A DNA stretch of 61,959 nt, filler included. It is 5 parts of 5 records of this genome, joined end to end, with 100 filler letters (N's around TTAATTAATTAA, not from the genome) between each part and the next. Parts side by side here need not be neighbours in the genome. Positions count along the whole stretch, not along the records: positions 1 to 16,830 come from SRR22947727_6018; 4 more parts are not named here. One strand, written 5' to 3'. Position numbers and translations under genes: made by a program. Positions 1 through 9,418 of the stretch are shown in pieces; within the stretch, counting starts at the first letter, position 1; the number at the start of each line of letters is the position of its first letter. The notes under the pieces were generated by a model. It did not search any database and was not told the DNA's origin. It saw only the letters and a program-made list of their open reading frames with translations.

Positions 1-30
1 TCGTCGGTTCGATCCCGTCTGGCTCCACCA
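1..30 (+). tRNA. tRNA-Ala, 3' part only (truncated by window edge)
   Basis: TCGTCGGTTCGATCCCGTCTGGCTCCACCA = T-arm (GGTTCGATCC), Ala-type acceptor 3' strand and encoded CCA; anticodon lies outside the window. Confidence 0.85.
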
Positions 31-255
31 AATCACTTTGAAATTTCACTACAGTTGACATCTGCCATGGCAGGGTGCAGCGATTAGTCTGCTGTGCTAT
101 GCTGATTTTGGGACATTAGCCATTGGATGGTGCCTCAATCGAGCCGGTAAAATCATGCAAAGGATTTGCCTTCAACAACGCTTTCAATTACTTCATTTTT
201 TGGTACACTAAGTTAGCGTTCATAATTCAAAATTGTCACAATATGGGAGATTGCT

Positions 256-960
256 ATGCAACTGGATATGAAACAGTCCGACGACTCCTATTCGATGGCC
301 GCAAAAGAGCGGATGGCTATTGAGTTAGACGGGTTAGTTTGGCGTCTTAATGAAGTTGGATCTGCGCTTGCCACTCTTAATATTTTTCGACGCGCTGATA
401 TCGAGATCGAAGGCAAAAAACGCCGGCTAAACGATTTTGCCCAAGTTGATCTTGGCCCGGATCCGATGGCGGGTACATTTAAAGTTATTATTCATAACCC
501 AGTTGCTATTCCGGGTGCCGTTGCTGTTCTCAAAGAGAATAAGTTTATCAATATTGATATGAGCTCGAAGCGGGAGTTGAAAGTTGTTAAGCCAAGGTTA
601 ACGGCACAACAGGAAGATGATTTGGAAACTGAAGTAAAGCGGGTTACTAAATCGTCACTCTCCAAGCTGGCATCGATTAAATCGGACGCTTTACAACGAG
701 TTCAGGCAGCAATTAAAGCTGAATACATAGAGCCAGCAGAATCTAAGAAAGCGACATTACAACTTGATGATTTGATCCGTCAGGCTGGTACGCATGCCAG
801 TATTCTGGGGCTGATTAGACGCAAACAATTAATCGGTGGTGGTTTGACCTTTGATGGACCAGAAGAAGAAGCCCTATACAAGCGGATTAATGACCGGGCT
901 TATAAAGACGTATGGCAAGACATGCTGTTGCCAAAAGTTGGAGAAGACGACGATGATTAG
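256..960 (+). CDS. Divergent ribosome recycling factor (RRF/Frr)-like protein with C-terminal extension
   Basis: SD GGGAG upstream of ATG. By-eye colinear match to RRF: AAKERM~[19 protein letters not shown]~[29 protein letters not shown]~[22 protein letters not shown]~NVRRDA. Signature motifs are degenerate. Confidence 0.7.
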   Translation: [234 protein letters not shown]

Positions 961-969
961 TAGCACCTT

Positions 970-1206
970 TTGACTGATGATAGCGCTGATCCCGCCGCGC
1001 CAGTTGCGATGACCGCCACAAAGTGTGGTGCGCCAGAACCGCAATCAGTGCCAGCGTTTGAAAAAAACTACCGTCAAAAAGCGATCAAAAGCCTTCTTGC
1101 TACTGCCGATCAAACGGTTGATGACAAGCTTGCAACAGTTAAAACCGCGCATCATGTGGATAAAGACCGGTTTCAAAGCGCCTTTCGCAGCCTGATGGGG
1201 AAATAA
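970..1206 (+). CDS. Small hypothetical protein (alternative ATG at 1009)
   Basis: ORF begins 9 nt after the upstream stop and ends just before a terminator; no family recognised. Confidence 0.5.
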   Translation: MTDDSADPAAPVAMTATKCGAPEPQSVPAFEKNYRQKAIKSLLATADQTVDDKLATVKTAHHVDKDRFQSAFRSLMGK

Positions 1207-1234
1207 CACGCCCGAGGCCATAGATCATCACCAT

Positions 1235-1267
1235 AAAAAAGCGGGCCTTTTATGACCCGCTTTTGTT
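1235..1267. terminator. Bidirectional intrinsic terminator
   Basis: AAAAAAGCGGG-ccttttatga-CCCGCTTTTGTT between convergent genes. Confidence 0.8.
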
Positions 1268-1298
1268 ATTTGGATGTTTTAAGGTCGGCTTTGAGCCG

Positions 1299-1733
1299 TT
1301 AAGCAGCCTTAACCAGCTTTTTTGGATTGGCATTGATGCTAATCTGTTTTGGCCGGTCGGCTTCGGGCACCTCGCGATGTAAAAACACCGTCAAAATGCC
1401 ATCGACAAGCTGGGCGTCATCGACTTTCATATATTCGGCAAGCCGGAACATTTTGGAAAATCCACGCTTGGCAATACCCTGATGGATATAATTGCCGCGC
1501 TCTTCGGCTTTATTGGCCTCGATTGTCAAAATGCCCTTTTCGGTCTGGATGGTGATTTCATCACTGCTGAAACCGGCAAGTGCCAGTTCTATCCGGTAAT
1601 GCTCTTCATCATCTTTGGCGATATTATAGGCCGGATAGTTTGATTCTTTCCGGTCTGACAATGCGTTCAACTCGTCAAACAATGAGTCAAACCCAACAAA
1701 CTGGCGTGCCATGGGGTTGGTAAAAAACGTCAT
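1299..1733 (-). CDS. ibpA: Small heat-shock protein, Hsp20/IbpA family
   Basis: VGFDSLF, NYPAYNI, IELALAGF, YIHQGIAKRGF, LVDGILTV, PKQISI motifs; second ATG (1733) is correctly spaced from AGGAG. Confidence 0.95.
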   Translation of the reverse strand: MTFFTNPMARQFVGFDSLFDELNALSDRKESNYPAYNIAKDDEEHYRIELALAGFSSDEITIQTEKGILTIEANKAEERGNYIHQGIAKRGFSKMFRLAEYMKVDDAQLVDGILTVFLHREVPEADRPKQISINANPKKLVKAA

Positions 1734-1739
1734 ATTCAT

Positions 1740-1826
1740 CTCCTTTTAAAAGCGAGTTATCTGCCATCTCCTGTTCAGCAAGACAGCAGCTTTGGTAAAA
1801 ATCGTGACCCGTAACGGCGTCACGTT
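1740..1826 (-). promoter_or_regulatory. ROSE-like RNA thermometer in ibpA 5' UTR
   Basis: Three hairpins on the minus strand; the last, CUCGCUUUU-AAAAGGAG, has U(U/C)GCU pairing with the SD as in ROSE elements. Confidence 0.7.
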
Positions 1827-1830
1827 CTCG

Positions 1831-1858
1831 ATGTAGGAATTGCAAATTTGATTTCAAG
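1831..1858 (-). promoter_or_regulatory. RpoH (sigma32)-type promoter of ibpA
   Basis: CTTGAA-N15-CCTACAT on minus strand, matching the alphaproteobacterial RpoH consensus. Confidence 0.75.
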
Positions 1859-1863
1859 CCCTG

Positions 1864-2444
1864 CTAGATGCGCGTGCAAAACAATTTTTTCACCTGCCAT
1901 TCGGTGCGGCTGATTCGGGCATTGTTCAACGTGCCTTCAATGGCAATTTGAAATTGATTTAGCCGCCATCTGGCATTGGGGGTGAGGCCGGTATTTTGTT
2001 TGGCAATCAAGATCAGGGCGAGGGCTTTTTCCAGATCGCGTTTGATGCCTTTCCCATTTGCCATCATCACCGCTAGATTATATTGCGCGGCGACATGATG
2101 CCGTGCGGCGGCCAGGCGATAAAATGCGCTGCCAGCCCTAAATCCTTTTGCACACAGCGGCCTTTTTCATAAGATACCCCAAGGTGAAACAACGCCCCTT
2201 CATGCTCCTCATAAGCGGCCATGGTAAACCAGATATTAGCCTTGGCATTGTTAGTTGCAGCATTTTGGCTTTGATCTTTTAACAGCTTCAGACCGGTCAT
2301 ATAGTGCATCTGCGCTTTGCTACGATCGTCGGCTTGAAGCTTGCCAGCGCTCGCATGCACAAGCAGGATCAGACCAATCGTCAAAATCAGCACCATTTTG
2401 CAACGGGTCTCGAACTGGCTGAGGATTGAAATTGGAGAGGTCAT
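1864..2444 (-). pseudogene. Sel1-like repeat protein with N-terminal hydrophobic segment, split by a frameshift
   Basis: ALFHLGVSYEKGRCVQKDLGLAAHF continues as YRLAAARHHVAAQYNLAVMMANGKGIKRDLEKA if one T is added to the T4 run (2121-2124); strong SD AAGGAGG. Confidence 0.75.
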
Positions 2445-2784
2445 TTGAAACGCCTCCTTTAACGAGCCACTGGAGCGACAGCGTCGCAGACCGGCAGGTG
2501 AACCTCTTCCTTGCTTTTACCAATAGAGATAAACAATTTAGAAACTGTTAATGCAGTGCGTTTTTTGACAGAAATTGTTATCATGCTTTTGCTGTTCCAT
2601 CTCTTGACAATCTTTGGTGTTTCGCCTAAACCACAGTCCGGTCCGTAGACGGCGCGACTTTGTTAGCTGCTACGCATCAGGCATCAATTATTAGCGGTTG
2701 AAACGATCACCATATCGACCGGTCGCAAAATCTGGCGCAGCGCTGGTCAATCAGCACCGTTAGATCATTAGAAAGAGCAAGAAA

Positions 2785-2970
2785 ATGGCTGTTCCAAAGA
2801 GTAAGATCACCAAGTCCAAGCGCAACATGCGGCGTGCGCATGACGCATTGTCTTCTGATGCCTATGTTGAAGACAAGGTCACAGGTGAATTGCATCGCCC
2901 GCATCATATTGACCTTAAAACCGGTATGTATCGTGGCAAGCAAGTCCTGAAGGTTAAAGAGCGTATCTAG
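2785..2970 (+). CDS. rpmF: 50S ribosomal protein L32 (cysteine-free form)
   Basis: [19 protein letters not shown]...[10 protein letters not shown]...GMYRGKQV. Confidence 0.97.
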   Translation: MAVPKSKITKSKRNMRRAHDALSSDAYVEDKVTGELHRPHHIDLKTGMYRGKQVLKVKERI

Positions 2971-3048
2971 TTATAGCTGCGCCTTGCTTTATAGGGCGCG
3001 CTCAATTCCGGCTTGAACTCTGGCATTGCTGACAGGCATCATCACTTT

Positions 3049-3378
3049 ATGAACGATAAAAGCGCAAAATTTGGCATTGGTGCGATTGTACGTCATCGCG
3101 TCTATCCGTTCCGTGGCGTCGTTGTTGATGTTGATCCTGAATTCGACAATACCGATGAATGGTACGAAGCCATTCCGGCCGAAGTGCGTCCCGATAAAGA
3201 ACAGCCCTTCTATCATCTCCTCGCGGAAAATTCGGACAGCTATTACACTGCCTATGTAAGCCAACAGAATTTGCTTCCGGACGGTGAAAATGGCCCGGTT
3301 AGCCATCCTGACGTTGATGATATGTTTGACGGGCTTGATGGCGAACGCTATGTGCTTCACCCAGAGGCATTTAATTAG
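3049..3378 (+). CDS. hspQ: Heat shock protein HspQ (YccV family)
   Basis: AKFGIGAIVRHRVYPFRGVVVDVDPEF...QPFYHLLAEN...AYVSQQNL. Confidence 0.93.
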   Translation: MNDKSAKFGIGAIVRHRVYPFRGVVVDVDPEFDNTDEWYEAIPAEVRPDKEQPFYHLLAENSDSYYTAYVSQQNLLPDGENGPVSHPDVDDMFDGLDGERYVLHPEAFN

Positions 3379-3440
3379 GCTTTTGCCCTAACGACAATCT
3401 GCCCTATTGGCAGGGGGTTCGTTTGTTGTTTTTCTCTCGA

Positions 3441-3462
3441 CCGGCAATTTGCCGGCTTTTTA
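3441..3462 (+). terminator. Putative intrinsic terminator after hspQ
   Basis: CCGGCA-att-TGCCGG followed by CTTTTTA. Confidence 0.45.
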
Positions 3463-3540
3463 TTGGAATTTTGGTCTTTTTTTTTCAAAAATCTGCCGCC
3501 CTTTGCCTTGAAAAAACGCGCGGGGCATTCTATTTAAGGG

Positions 3541-3567
3541 TAATCAGGACTAAATTGGTCTTGATTA
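3541..3567. promoter_or_regulatory. IscR/Rrf2-type operator upstream of SUF operon
   Basis: TAATCAGGAC-N7-GTCTTGATTA inverted repeat (GAC-N7-GTC core, one mismatch). Confidence 0.6.
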
Positions 3568-3659
3568 TGATAATAATTCGCAAAAACGCCGGTTTAAAAA
3601 GGGTTTTTCGCTTTTTGAAATGACCGGCTTGATAGGATAGCCAGGACAGATAGGTTGAT

Positions 3660-4190
3660 ATGCTTCGCTTAAACCGGATGACCGATTATGCCATTGTTGT
3701 GCTTGGTGCGCTTGCGCATCGGCATGGCGATGTTTTGGCAACGGCGCATCTGGCTGAATTAACCGGATTGGCACAGCCAACCGTGGCGAAAGTATCGAAA
3801 ATTCTTTTGGCCGCAGATTTGGTTGAAACCCAGCGCGGGGTGCGTGGTGGCTATCGGCTGACCAAAGCACCAGCGGCGATCTCGCTTGTTGATATTGTCG
3901 AAGCAATAGAAGGCCCGATTGCGGTGACTGATTGCGTTGATGGAGCGCAAGACCCATGCGCGGTTAGCAATTGCTGTTTTATGAGCAGCCATTGGAAACA
4001 TGTCAATCTTGCCATTCGCAATGCCCTGAATGATGTCAGCCTTGAAGATTTAACTGATCCGGCGCGATTGTTTCCCTTGCCGGTATCACCGTCAATAACC
4101 GAAGACGACAGTCAGTTTCCCGGCAATAGTCGGCATGACGTTACTATAAAGAGGAACCAGCCTTATGGTCGCAACGCAAGAAACCATTGA
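3660..4190 (+). CDS. SUF system Fe-S cluster assembly regulator, Rrf2/IscR family
   Basis: [29 protein letters not shown], and Cys cluster C..C..CC..H. Confidence 0.92.
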   Translation: MLRLNRMTDYAIVVLGALAHRHGDVLATAHLAELTGLAQPTVAKVSKILLAADLVETQRGVRGGYRLTKAPAAISLVDIVEAIEGPIAVTDCVDGAQDPCAVSNCCFMSSHWKHVNLAIRNALNDVSLEDLTDPARLFPLPVSPSITEDDSQFPGNSRHDVTIKRNQPYGRNARNH

Positions 4191-5619
4191 CACGCTTGAA
4201 GAAGCAACCGGTAAGTATAAATATGGGTTTGTGACCGATATTGAATCAGACAAGGCACCCAAAGGTCTGAACGAGGATATTATCCGTTTTATTTCAGCCA
4301 AGAAGGATGAGCCACAATGGATGCTTGATTGGCGCTTGAAAGCATTTGCAACATGGCAAAAAATGGAATCACCTGATTGGGCCAAACTGGATATCGAACC
4401 GATTGATTATCAGGATATCCATTATTACTCAGCGCCAAAAAGCGGTGAGGGACCAGCGTCACTGGATGAAGTTGATCCGGAATTGCTGAAAACCTATGCC
4501 AAGCTCGGTATTCCGCTCGATGAGCAAAAGATTCTTGCTGGTGTTGTTGCGGTTGATGCGGTTTTTGACTCCGTGTCGGTTGCCACTACATTCCGCGGAG
4601 AATTGGCCAAGGTCGGAGTAATTTTCTGCCCGATTTCCGAGGCTATACGTGACTATCCTGATTTGGTGAAGAAATATATAGGCGCGGTTGTGCCGGTTGC
4701 CGATAATTACTTCTCGGCTTTGAATTCGGCTGTCTTTACCGACGGATCATTCGTCTATATTCCAAAGGGGGTTCGCTGCCCGATGGAATTATCAACCTAT
4801 TTCCGCATTAATGAGGCTAATACAGGTCAGTTTGAACGGACTTTGATCATTGCCGAAGATGAAGCCTACGTCAGTTATCTAGAAGGCTGTACGGCACCGC
4901 AACGCGATGAAAACCAGCTTCATGCTGCCGTTGTTGAACTGGTGGCGATGGATGATGCCGAAATCAAATATTCAACCGTGCAGAACTGGTATCCGGGTGA
5001 TGAAAACGGCCTTGGCGGCATTTATAATTTTGTGACCAAGCGCGGCGCATGCCGTGGTGATCGCTCCAAAATCTCATGGACACAGGTTGAAACCGGATCA
5101 GCGATCACTTGGAAATACCCATCATGCATTCTGCAAGGCAAAGACTCGGTTGGTGAGTTTTATTCGGTTGCGCTGACCAATAATTTTCAACAAGCCGATA
5201 CCGGCACGAAAATGATTCATATTGGCGAAGGCAGCCGTTCAACGATCATTTCGAAAGGTATTTCGGCAGGCCGGTCGCAAAATTGCTATCGCGGTCTTGT
5301 TCGCATTCAACCCGGCGCTGAAAATGCGCGTAATTTCACCCAATGTGATTCGCTTCTTGTTGGCGATAAATGTGGGGCGCATACGGTTCCCTATATCGTT
5401 TCGCGCAACCCAACTGCCAAAATTGAACATGAGGCCACCACCTCGCGCATTTCCGAAGACCAGCTTTTTTATTGTCAGCAGCGGGGCATCTCAACTGAAG
5501 ATTCTGTGTCGCTGATCGTCAATGGATTTTGCAAGGAAGTGATGAAAGAACTGCCAATGGAATTTGCGGTGGAAGCCCAAAAGCTTATTGGCATCAGCCT
5601 TGAAGGTTCGGTTGGCTAG
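4165..5619 (+). CDS. sufB: Fe-S cluster assembly protein SufB
   Basis: [55 protein letters not shown]. Confidence 0.98.
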   Translation: MVATQETIDTLEEATGKYKYGFVTDIESDKAPKGLNEDIIRFISAKKDEPQWMLDWRLKAFATWQKMESPDWAKLDIEPIDYQDIHYYSAPKSGEGPASLDEVDPELLKTYAKLGIPLDEQKILAGVVAVDAVFDSVSVATTFRGELAKVGVIFCPISEAIRDYPDLVKKYIGAVVPVADNYFSALNSAVFTDGSFVYIPKGVRCPMELSTYFRINEANTGQFERTLIIAEDEAYVSYLEGCTAPQRDENQLHAAVVELVAMDDAEIKYSTVQNWYPGDENGLGGIYNFVTKRGACRGDRSKISWTQVETGSAITWKYPSCILQGKDSVGEFYSVALTNNFQQADTGTKMIHIGEGSRSTIISKGISAGRSQNCYRGLVRIQPGAENARNFTQCDSLLVGDKCGAHTVPYIVSRNPTAKIEHEATTSRISEDQLFYCQQRGISTEDSVSLIVNGFCKEVMKELPMEFAVEAQKLIGISLEGSVG

Positions 5620-5660
5620 AACCAAACCAAAAAATAACTAGATATAATTGGAAAAGACTT

Positions 5661-6416
5661 ATGGCACCTTTACTTGAAATTAGAGACCTCCACGCCTCGG
5701 TTGGTGATACACCAATCCTGAAAGGCATTAACTTAACTATCAATGCTGGCGAAATTCACGCCATCATGGGGCCGAATGGATCGGGCAAAAGCACCATGTC
5801 CTATGTGCTTGCTGGCCGTGACGGCTATGAGGTCACGGGCGGTGATATTCTAATGAATGGCGTTTCGATGTTGGAAATGGAATCAGATGAACGCGCCCTT
5901 GCTGGCATGTTTCTGGCTTTTCAATATCCGGTAGAATTACCGGGTGTTGGCGGCATGAGCTTTTTGCGCGCCGCGGTTAATGCCCGCCGGATCGAAGCTG
6001 GCGAAGATGAAATCGACCAGCTGGAATTTGTAAAGCTGGTTCGTGCCAAGGCAAAACATCTCAGCATCAATGACGATATGCTCAAGCGGGCGGTGAATGT
6101 TGGCTTTTCTGGTGGCGAGAAGAAACGCTATGAGATTTTGCAAATGGCACTTCTCGAACCGGTTCTTTCAGTTCTTGATGAAACCGACTCAGGGCTTGAT
6201 GTTGACGCATTGAAAATTGTCTCTGACGGCGTGAATCTTTTGCGTGATCCAGCCCGAAGCATGCTTGTGATCACCCATTACCAGCGTTTGCTGAACCATA
6301 TTGTGCCTGACTATGTTCATATTTTGGCTGGTGGCAAAATCCGCCGCACTGGCGGCAAAGAACTTGCACTTGAAGTAGAGGAGTCGGGTTATGTCGGCAT
6401 CGACGATGCAGCCTAA
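5661..6416 (+). CDS. sufC: Fe-S cluster assembly ATPase SufC
   Basis: [44 protein letters not shown]. Confidence 0.98.
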   Translation: MAPLLEIRDLHASVGDTPILKGINLTINAGEIHAIMGPNGSGKSTMSYVLAGRDGYEVTGGDILMNGVSMLEMESDERALAGMFLAFQYPVELPGVGGMSFLRAAVNARRIEAGEDEIDQLEFVKLVRAKAKHLSINDDMLKRAVNVGFSGGEKKRYEILQMALLEPVLSVLDETDSGLDVDALKIVSDGVNLLRDPARSMLVITHYQRLLNHIVPDYVHILAGGKIRRTGGKELALEVEESGYVGIDDAA

Positions 6417-7641
6417 TTTAGACCACCTCGCCGGATTGACCGGCGTTCGGGCAGGGGCGTTAACGCGCTGGCAAGAAACAGGCTGGCCACATAGCCGGGT
6501 TGAACAATGGCGGTTTACCCGCTTGGCGAGTGTTGAAAAAATGGATCTTCGTCCAGCTTCGGCTGTTGCAGCGGCGGGAACCGCAGCCATTTCGGCTGAA
6601 TTGCCAGAGAATGCCGTGGTTTTGTCCTTTAGCAATGGTGTTTTGGACGTTGCCGGTATTGCCGCTTTGCCCGATGGCGTAACCGCCAGCTTGTTGAGCG
6701 AGAATGACACGGCTCTTGCTGCGCTTGCCGCATCGGTGCCAGCGTCGCATCCGATTAGCGACCTGTCGTTGGCCGTGATGACAAGCGGCCTGCATTTAGA
6801 GATTGCGGGCAAGGTTGATGTGCCGATCATTTTGGCCTTTACTGGTGATAATAATGGGGTGTCCTCGCATCCGGTTGTGTCCATCAAGCTTGCTGATGGC
6901 GCTTCGGCGGTTCTGGCTGAATGGCATCAATCGGCTGTTGGTTTGTCAGCGCCATTGATGGCAATCGAGGTTGGTGACAAGGCGCGTCTTGATTATGCCA
7001 AGGTACAGCATGACTCAGCGCAAAGCGCACACCTGGCGGCAACTGGCTTAACGCTTGGTGAAGGTTCGGTTTTCGAGGGGTTCCAGATTTCCGTTGGCGG
7101 TCAATTGGCGCGCCTTGAAACACACATCACTTTGTTGGGTGAAAATGCTGACTGCACCTTATCGGCAATCTATCTTGGTCGAGCCAATCAGCACCATGAT
7201 ATCACTACCAATATGAACCATGCCAAAGGGCATTGCCTGTCAAATCAGATTATCCGCGGGGTTCTTGATGATTCGGCGCGTGGTGTGTTTCAGGGCAAGG
7301 TGCATGTTGCACCAGATGCACAAAAGACCGATGGCCAGCAGATGAGCCGTGCCTTGCTTTTGTCGCGCAAAGCCGAAGCCGACGCCAAGCCCGAATTGGA
7401 AATCTATGCGGATGATGTTTTGTGCGCGCATGGGGCAACGGTTGGCGAGCTCGATGAAACCCAGCTTTTCTATCTGACAAGCCGCGGTATTGATCGGGAT
7501 ACGGCGCGTGGAATGTTGATCTCGGCATTTCTCGATGATGCCATTGACAGTATCAGCCACCCCGCTTTGGCAGGCATGTTGCGGCCGGTGACGACTGCAT
7601 GGATGACAGCATCAAACCTCTCTGAAACCGGAGATAAATAA
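6391..7641 (+). CDS. sufD: Fe-S cluster assembly protein SufD
   Basis: [53 protein letters not shown]. Confidence 0.96.
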   Translation: MSASTMQPNLDHLAGLTGVRAGALTRWQETGWPHSRVEQWRFTRLASVEKMDLRPASAVAAAGTAAISAELPENAVVLSFSNGVLDVAGIAALPDGVTASLLSENDTALAALAASVPASHPISDLSLAVMTSGLHLEIAGKVDVPIILAFTGDNNGVSSHPVVSIKLADGASAVLAEWHQSAVGLSAPLMAIEVGDKARLDYAKVQHDSAQSAHLAATGLTLGEGSVFEGFQISVGGQLARLETHITLLGENADCTLSAIYLGRANQHHDITTNMNHAKGHCLSNQIIRGVLDDSARGVFQGKVHVAPDAQKTDGQQMSRALLLSRKAEADAKPELEIYADDVLCAHGATVGELDETQLFYLTSRGIDRDTARGMLISAFLDDAIDSISHPALAGMLRPVTTAWMTASNLSETGDK

Positions 7642-8906
7642 TGGATGCAAATGCCGCAGATACCAGCATGACTACCAATATGACTGGCGGATATGATATC
7701 GAAAAAATCCGGTCTGATTTTCCAATCTTGTCGCGTAAAATTCATGGCAAGCCATTGGTTTATCTTGATTCTGCGGCATCGGCGCAAAAACCAAAAGTGG
7801 TGATTGATGCGTTGGTTTCGGCCTATTGCGATACATATTCAAATGTCCATCGTGGCTTGCATTTCCTGTCTGAGGCGTCAACCGATGCCTATGAGGCGGT
7901 GCGCGGCAAGGTTGCGCATTTCATTGGCGCAAAATCAGGTGATGAAATTGTGCTGACCGCTGGTGCAACAATGGCGTTGAACATGATTGCACAATGCTGG
8001 GCCTTGCCAAAATTAAAGGCAGGGGACGAAATTTTGATTAGCATTGCCGAACATCACGCGAATATCGTGCCGTGGCAAATGGTGGCCGAAAAAACCGGTG
8101 CGGTTCTTCGTGCCTTTCCGGTTGATGAAGACGGCAGTTTCAACATGACGGCCTTTACCGACATGATCACAGCCCGAACCAAAATTGTGTCAGTACCGCA
8201 TGTCTCAAATGTGCTTGGCACCGTTTTTCCGGTTGCAGAAATGGCCAAGATCGCGCATGACGCCAATGCGCTTATGGTTGTTGATGGTTGTCAGGGCGTT
8301 GTTCATATGCCGGTTGATGTTCAGGCCTTGGACGCTGATTTCTATGTCTTTTCGGCGCATAAGCTCTATGGGCCGAATGGTGTTGGCATTCTGTGGGGCA
8401 AGGCTGAAATTCTAGACGAATTACCGCCATTTTTGGGTGGCGGCGATATGATTGACCGTGTGACCATCGAAAAATCTACCTATGCTTTGCCGCCGCATCG
8501 CTTTGAGGCGGGAACACCGGCCATTGCCGAAACCATTGCCCTTGGGGCGGCGGTTGATTATGTGCAATCGATTGGCATGGAGGCTATTCGGTCGCATGAA
8601 CAAGATATTCTGTCCTATGCGCATCAGCGGCTTTTGGCGGTTGATGGCTTGCGCCTGATTGGTACGGCCGTCGGAAAATCGGGTGTTGTATCCTTTACGA
8701 TGGATTGTGCCCACCCGCATGATATTTCAACAATCATTGATAATGATGGTGTGGCCATTCGTGCTGGCCATCATTGCGCCCAGCCCTTGATGGATTTCTA
8801 TGATCTTCCATCAACCGCGCGGGCATCGGTCGGCATCTATACCACGCGTGAAGAATTTGACGTTTTGGCAATTTCGCTGGAAAAAGTGAACCGGATTTTC
8901 GCATAG
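7641..8906 (+). CDS. sufS: Cysteine desulfurase SufS
   Basis: LVYLDSAASAQKP, NVHRG, SAHKLYGP, RFEAGTP, RAGHHCAQPLM. Confidence 0.97.
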   Translation: MDANAADTSMTTNMTGGYDIEKIRSDFPILSRKIHGKPLVYLDSAASAQKPKVVIDALVSAYCDTYSNVHRGLHFLSEASTDAYEAVRGKVAHFIGAKSGDEIVLTAGATMALNMIAQCWALPKLKAGDEILISIAEHHANIVPWQMVAEKTGAVLRAFPVDEDGSFNMTAFTDMITARTKIVSVPHVSNVLGTVFPVAEMAKIAHDANALMVVDGCQGVVHMPVDVQALDADFYVFSAHKLYGPNGVGILWGKAEILDELPPFLGGGDMIDRVTIEKSTYALPPHRFEAGTPAIAETIALGAAVDYVQSIGMEAIRSHEQDILSYAHQRLLAVDGLRLIGTAVGKSGVVSFTMDCAHPHDISTIIDNDGVAIRAGHHCAQPLMDFYDLPSTARASVGIYTTREEFDVLAISLEKVNRIFA

Positions 8907-8913
8907 GGGCGGG

Positions 8914-9375
8914 GTGATGACACAAGATCACAAAACCAAAACAGCCGCGCCAGATGATGCCGGTCTTGACAATGACGGTCCGGCTCTTGATGGTCCGGGT
9001 CTTGCCGATTTTCTGCCTGATACCAGTAATGGCTATATTGCCAAGGCTGGCGCTGCGCTCGAAAATCCGGCTGGACAGGCGGATCCGGTGGCCGTTGAGG
9101 ATGCGCTGAAATCGGTTCATGACCCGGAAATTCCGGTTAATATTTACGATCTTGGTCTGATCTATGATGTTGAACGGCGGCAAAATGGTGATGTTTATGT
9201 TACCATGTCATTGACGGCACCCGGCTGTCCGGTTGCTGGTGAAATGCCAGGGCAGGTGGCGCGGGCATTGGCTGCGGTTGACGGCGTTGGCGAAGTTTCG
9301 GTCGAATTGGTCTGGAGCCCGCCTTGGACGCCCGAGCGTATGAGTGATGATGCACGCCTTGCTTTGGATTTTTAA
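8914..9375 (+). CDS. SUF system protein, DUF59/SufT family
   Basis: VHDPEIPVNIYDLGLIY, MSLTAPGCP, VWSPPWTPERMSDDARL. Confidence 0.93.
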   Translation: MMTQDHKTKTAAPDDAGLDNDGPALDGPGLADFLPDTSNGYIAKAGAALENPAGQADPVAVEDALKSVHDPEIPVNIYDLGLIYDVERRQNGDVYVTMSLTAPGCPVAGEMPGQVARALAAVDGVGEVSVELVWSPPWTPERMSDDARLALDF

Positions 9376-9418
9376 ATGAGCGGTTCGCAAAAGACCGGCT
9401 ATTTGGAGCTTAAAAACC

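Noticed and set aside
2537-2551. CtrA-like box TTTA-N7-TTAA upstream of the Sel1 gene
   Set aside because: One mismatch in AT-rich DNA; too likely by chance
3012-3045. RpoH promoter for hspQ (CTTGAA present)
   Set aside because: No matching CC(T/C)ATAT-like -10 at the expected spacing
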